NCBI RefSeq assembly: GCF_006345805.1
Contig: NC_043000.1
Span: 113,770,001 to 113,834,000 of the forward strand
DNA length: 64,000 nt
Reading direction: 5' to 3'
Source of the DNA: Octopus sinensis
Taxonomy: Eukaryota
Each line of letters starts with the position of its first letter. The first letter of the stretch is position 1. Below, one piece after another: positions 58,201-64,000 of this stretch. Below the pieces are notes generated by a model that made no database searches, had not been told where the DNA came from, and saw only the letters and a program-made list of their open reading frames with translations. A program made the position numbers and the translations under genes.

Positions 58201-59427
58201 TTCGGAGTTTCAGTGAGAATACATATTCACATGTGGTCACTATTCACACGCATACACACTTTGGGATAGTGTGATCTGTAGCAGCTCATCTTGCCGTTGA
58301 TTGTCGACCGTGGCAGAGGATTCGCTGACCAAGTCACCGCCGAGTATTAGAGTAGACGCAGTCTGGGTTTGAAGCGAGTAGTATCCATGCTAATTAACCC
58401 ATAGCTGGGACCCTAACAGATGCTATAACTCCAGGTCAGAGTAGACTTGGGGACGAAAGTAGCTAAGAGGTGCTCCCACGCTCCTCAAGACCTTGGAACT
58501 CTCGTACCAAGGCCCCTGTACCGAATGCAGTTTAAAGTTTAGCCCAAGGCAAATATAATATAATTATTCGATGGATGTGGCGTGTTGGCTTTGTAAGAAA
58601 TTAATTCAACATTTGAAAATGTTTTGTGGAAGCCACTTCCATTTTAGATTAATAGAATACTATTAATCGAAGAATTAACACCATTGGAAATGTTCCTAAA
58701 ATGCCTAAAAGTTGGTAATGTTATGTTCCTGGCTCAAAGCCAAAAATTGATGCCAATTAACAAAATTAACAAAAGCATTCCAGCCATGACCACCTTGACT
58801 TATATATGGACAGCTAGGACTATATTAACAAATATGTTTACTCATTATTTGAGACACAAAGTATGATTTGAGAGAAGTTTGATTGTTATTTCTAGCAGGT
58901 CGGGTGACGACGACATAGACGTTCTCCCTCGTTATTCGCAGATGTTGTTACTTCTGAGGTTTTTGTCGTGTTGTTGTTGATGTTATACTTGTTGGAGTTG
59001 TTACTGTTGCTGTTGATGAAGTTGTTGCTAATGATGCTGTTGCTATTTGGTTTCGCTATCGTCAGTGTTTATTACTGTTGAAGGTGCCACTTTTGACACC
59101 GTTGCTGTTCATATTGATGTTATTGCGATTTTTGAAGATGTTATTTATGATGATGTTGCTATTGCTATTATTTAAGTCATTCCTGATGTCATTGATGCTG
59201 TGGTATTTTTTGTCATTATTTGTTTTGCTGTTGTTGTTGATGATGATGACGATGATGCTGTTGTGTTTGTTGGTAGTGTTGTAGGTGATGTTGTTCTCGT
59301 TGTTTTCGTTATCATTGTTGTTGCAATTCCGTCTTAATTTCCTGATTTTCATTATTATTAGTAGTAGTAGTATTATCATTATTATCACCGTCGTCATCAT
59401 CATCATCATCATCATCAAAATTATCAC

Positions 59428-59493
<66 letters not shown>

Positions 59494-59494
<1 letters not shown>

Positions 59495-60424
59495 GTTTGG
59501 CATCCTTTCTGTCTCGGGAGACAATGGAGTTGCGCATTTTTTTTTTTTCTAGGTCTAGTCCGGCTGTTATATTTTATTTCCTGTTACATTTCTTGCTGTG
59601 GCTGTGTAGTCCTATCCTGGACAAACACTCCCTCTGGCAGGTACTGCAAATGTAGCGAAGACTGTTCCTGGCTGGTTGTAGTGCCATGGTCTCTTGTTTA
59701 TGTCTCTTCCTTTCTTTCCATTTCTCTCTCTCTTTCTGTCACTCCTCTGTATACCCTCTTTTACTGTACGTCGCCATTCTCCACGGTTGCCGGCGACTGC
59801 CTCCCAACCGCTAATGTTGATGTTGCAGGCCTTCATATCCCTTTTGCAAACATCCTTGTAACGTAAGATCGGTCTACCCACAGACCTAGTACCCCTAGCA
59901 AGCTCTCCGTAGAGTATGTCCTTGGGGATTCTGCCATCTTTCATACGGCTAACATGCCCAAGCCATCTCATACGTCTTTGTGTGAGGAGTGCAAACATGC
60001 TTGGTATTCCTGCTTGCCTGAGGACATCTTTGTTGGGGATATGATTCTGCCATTTGATGTGGAGGATTTTTCGGAGGCAGCGCAGGTGAAAGATGTTTAG
60101 GCGACGCTCTTGGCGTGTGTATAGCGTCCAGGTCTCGCTTCCATACAGTAGAGTGCTGAGTACACATGCCTGCGACTTTGGCTTAGCTATCAGCCTTAAG
60201 AAGACCAACATCATGGGCCAGGCTACATCGGACATCCCAAACATACATATTGGAGACCACAGATTACAAGAGGTGGAGAAGTTTACCTATCTGGGCTCTA
60301 CCGTCACCTACAACCTATCCCTTGACGCTGAGCTCAATATACGCATTGGCAAGGCAGCTGCTGCGATGGCCCAACTCTCCAAACGGGCTTGGGACAACAA
60401 TAAGCTGACCAAGACCACAAAAAT
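59494..60424 (-). mobile_element. RTE-like LINE insertion with 5' inversion
   Basis: 59494-60172 minus strand: QACVLSTLLYGSETW...RWLGHVSRM...GRP. 60168-60424 plus strand: ACDFGLAISLKKT...FTYLGS...KLTKTTKI. Flanked by (ATT)n on both sides. Confidence 0.88.
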
Positions 60425-60435
60425 TATTATTATTA

Positions 60436-60468
<33 letters not shown>

Positions 60469-60917
60469 CATTGTTGCTGCTGTTGTTGTTGTTGTTGTTA
60501 AGACGGCGAGCTGGCAGAAACGTTAGCACGCCGGGCGAAATACTTAGCGATATTTCGTCTGTCTTTACGTTCTGACTTCAAATTGCGCCGAGGTCGACTT
60601 TATCGGGGGTCGATTAAATAAGTACCAGCTACTCACGGGGGTCGATGTGATCGACTAGCCCCCTCCCCCACCCCCCAAATTTCAGGCCTTGTGCTTATTG
60701 TAGAAATTATTATTGTTGTTGTTGTTGTTGTGGTGGTGGTGGTGGCGGTGGTGGTGGTGGTGGTGGTGGTAGTGGTTTTGGTGGTGGTGGTGGTGATAGT
60801 TGTGGAGGTGATGCTGCTGCTGCTACTACTGCTGCTGTTGTTGCTGATGCTGCTCGTAGTATTGTTACTGTTGTTATTGTTATAATTATTATCAATTATT
60901 ATCAATTATTATTATTA

Positions 60918-60949
<32 letters not shown>

Positions 60950-61157
60950 GTTGTTGTTGTTGTTATTATTATTATTATTATTTATGTTATATATGTTATT
61001 TTGTTTTGTTATTTTACGGATGAGATTTGTTAAACTTGTGTATTTTATTTTTCCATTCATTTTGTTGAGTGACATTTGAAAGGTCAACACAGTGAGGCCG
61101 ACCTCAACAGGAGAGCAACACTCTGCCCAATATCTAATATGCAATGATGAAACTGTA

Positions 61158-61194
<37 letters not shown>

Positions 61195-61408
61195 TGCTGC
61201 TGCTACAGCTAATCTTGAGAGATCGGGTGATGATGGTGATGATGATGATGCTAGTGATGGTGGTGGTGTTGATAGCGACGGCGATGATGATGAGCAAATT
61301 ATGTGTGAGAATTAGCGAGCGCTTAGTCGCAAATTTGTGCATTTCAAGGCTGTGTCACATCGTTCCATCAGACGTTGCATGTATTTAGGTATGTGGTGAT
61401 AGACTAAC

Positions 61409-61453
<45 letters not shown>

Positions 61454-61597
61454 CACACACACACACACATACATACATACATACATACATACATACATAC
61501 ATACATACATACATACATACATACATACATACATACATACATACATACATACATACATACATGCATGCATGCATGCATACATACATACATACATACA

Positions 61598-61631
<34 letters not shown>

Positions 61632-61864
61632 CGTACATATATACATATGTGTATATCCTTGTTAGAAACCAGCTCCTTCCTTAAAGGAAGAATTTAAATA
61701 ATTATAAACAGAAGAGAAACACACATGCATACATCCACATACATACATCCACATACTTACATACATACATACATATATACATATATACATATATATACAT
61801 ACACACACACACATTCATACATACATACATATACGTACACACACACATACATACATCCACATAC

Positions 61865-61895
<31 letters not shown>

Positions 61896-61953
61896 CATAC
61901 ATACATACATACATACATACATAATTGCATACATACATACATACATACATACA

Positions 61954-61984
<31 letters not shown>

Positions 61985-62108
61985 TCTGTATATTGTATAT
62001 TCGAGATTCTACGATTTCCGTTCCATTTGTCAAGCAGACGCTGCCGTAGCCCCAACTGATTTAATTTATTTGACTTATATATTGAGCGCTTTCGAAATAA
62101 AAGCCTCG

Positions 62109-62177
<69 letters not shown>

Positions 62178-62180
62178 TGT
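60420..62180. repeat. Microsatellite-dense block: (ATT)n, (GGT)n, (GTA)n, (CA)n, (TACA)n, (TG)n
   Basis: Direct reading; source of many spurious ORFs. Further simple repeats: (AG)n at about 6164, 18503, 43437; (ATAG)n 48537-48615; trinucleotide runs 45460-45890 and 58960-59493. Confidence 0.95.
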
Positions 62181-64000
62181 GCGCGTGTTTGTGTATGCAT
62201 GTAATGAACAGCTTTTCTTTCATACGTTATTCTGAAAATACGAACCACGGCCTCATCTTCAGAATGCAATAATGATGATAGTACGTTTTACCACGTGTTG
62301 AATTGAGCAGGAATAGATCATTAAAACGCCGTAGTTGATAAAATCATCATTTTTCACCTGTCTAACAATTATTCAACAGTATATTTCACATATTTTGCAC
62401 CTGTGTCCTGATTTTTTGGTTTATATTTCGTAGTTAATAATCCTTCCGGGATACTTAAAATGGACCAGCAAAAATGTCCCACCTTCTGTAACAGAGAACA
62501 AGGCCCCTCCTATTCAACAGGGGCGAGTAACTTTCCACAAGAAATAGCACATATTGCAGTAGCTCACTGTATTCTTTAATAGCACTGAACTGTCATTTTA
62601 CTGCTATCAACGGAACTCTGTTTTCAAATCTTTTGAAGCTATTCGTTGTTAATACCATTCTATAATTTTAATGAAATGTTTAATTTCACTGCAGTTACAA
62701 TCGAAATCAAGAGGATCTATTCTTATCAATCGTACCAAAGTTCCTTCCGATTCAGCACATTTAAACATCTTATTTTAACCGTGCGTACTTGGAAAGTGGT
62801 GCCTAATTAAGGATAAAAAGTTCCTGGTGACGATTGTGCAGGCAGACATCTAGGTTGAGCGGAGGATTGAACCAGCTTACTTTCTCCTTTCTAACTCTCT
62901 TCGAGACTGTGAGTAGGGTATTTAAGATGTACACAAGTACTCGCTAGCACCACTCCTTACTGATGTCTCGTTATAGTGGGTGCAACTCTGTCAAAGATAA
63001 TTCTATCTGAAGAGATACGGGAGACTGGAATTCCTATAAATATATACGACTCCTTCGTTAGGCTTTGTAAAGTAATAGTTAGTACCCGCCAGTCTTCAAT
63101 TCTAAAGTAAGATGACGGTGGTTCGGTCGGTAAAGATAATCTTATTCAAGTAAAACCCTTGAAGATTCTTATTTGTTTCTCCTTAAATTTATCCATATTA
63201 TGACTGCTCCTATAACTTGAAACTACCCGTCCGTCGTCTCTATACAAGCCGTTGCTGTGGAGGTATTATCCAATGAGACTTCTTTTCCGAGGCGGTAGCG
63301 TGTCGTCTGAAGGAAAGGCTCTTTGACTCGCAGGATAGCATGTTCAGCTAAAGTTCTAGATGGATTGTTACACTAACTTTGATAAAAGTGAGTGAAGCAG
63401 GTACAAAAAAGTTCGTGTGGGAGAATGATACACATATGATCGCTCGCTACATGGTATTTGATATTACATGATATACATCAAATCACGATGTAATACGTGA
63501 TATTGTATGATATACATATGATCCAGATATTATGTGTGTATCAGTCTACAGATGTCATATCGTACTGGTGGCAAACCATTCAACCTTGGTAGATTTCTTG
63601 CGAGAACAAAGAACACACGTCGGTGATTGAACGTAGAGCATGACACAGTAAAACTCAAGTAGAACTGCAGACATTTTCACTGGCAGATAAACAGATATCT
63701 TTTATCTTTCATCTTTTACTGGTTTCAGTCATTTGACTGCGGCCATGCTGGGGCACCGCCTTGAAGGGTTTCAGTCGAACAAATCAACCCCAGGACTTTT
63801 TAAAGCTTGATACTCATTCTTTCGGAATCCTTTTGATGAACCGTTAAGTTCAGGACTACTTTGTGCAGTGTTGTTTATTTTTTTAAGGCTGAAAAGCTTT
63901 TCATCAAGGGTCCACTCGATAAGACGGGTTAAGAGCATAAATAACATCGACGATGAAGCTGATGTCATCGACAACAAGAACAACGACAACAGTCAAGGGC

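Overview
AT-rich animal genomic DNA. The SINE families, microsatellite load and long introns point to a coleoid cephalopod, most likely Octopus (recognised from memory, not by a search). One protein-coding gene is well supported: a spliced MFSD1-like major facilitator transporter on the minus strand. I reconstructed 12 coding exons (29076 to 1025) with GT-AG boundaries and matching intron phases, giving 1329 nt / 443 codons without a stop; the stop-containing exon probably lies left of the window. No other gene could be supported, and nearly all entries in the ORF track are microsatellite or repeat artefacts. The rest is repeats: at least 3 tRNA-derived SINE families, CR1-like and RTE-like LINE 3' fragments (one with a twin-priming inversion), Tc1/mariner remnants and MITEs, Helentron/DINE-like elements, and mini/microsatellites. 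The most interesting signals are (1) several minimal type I hammerhead ribozyme motifs, one with a fully intact core at 10673-10716 and one family carried on a tRNA-headed (Pol III-type) element, (2) five foldback/palindromic structures including a spacer-less 312-bp palindrome, (3) divergence of the MFSD1 paralogue at motif residues plus a Cys/His-rich loop, and (4) structured tandem arrays. Repeat boundaries are approximate (about +/-10 bp); exon and ribozyme coordinates were counted base by base.
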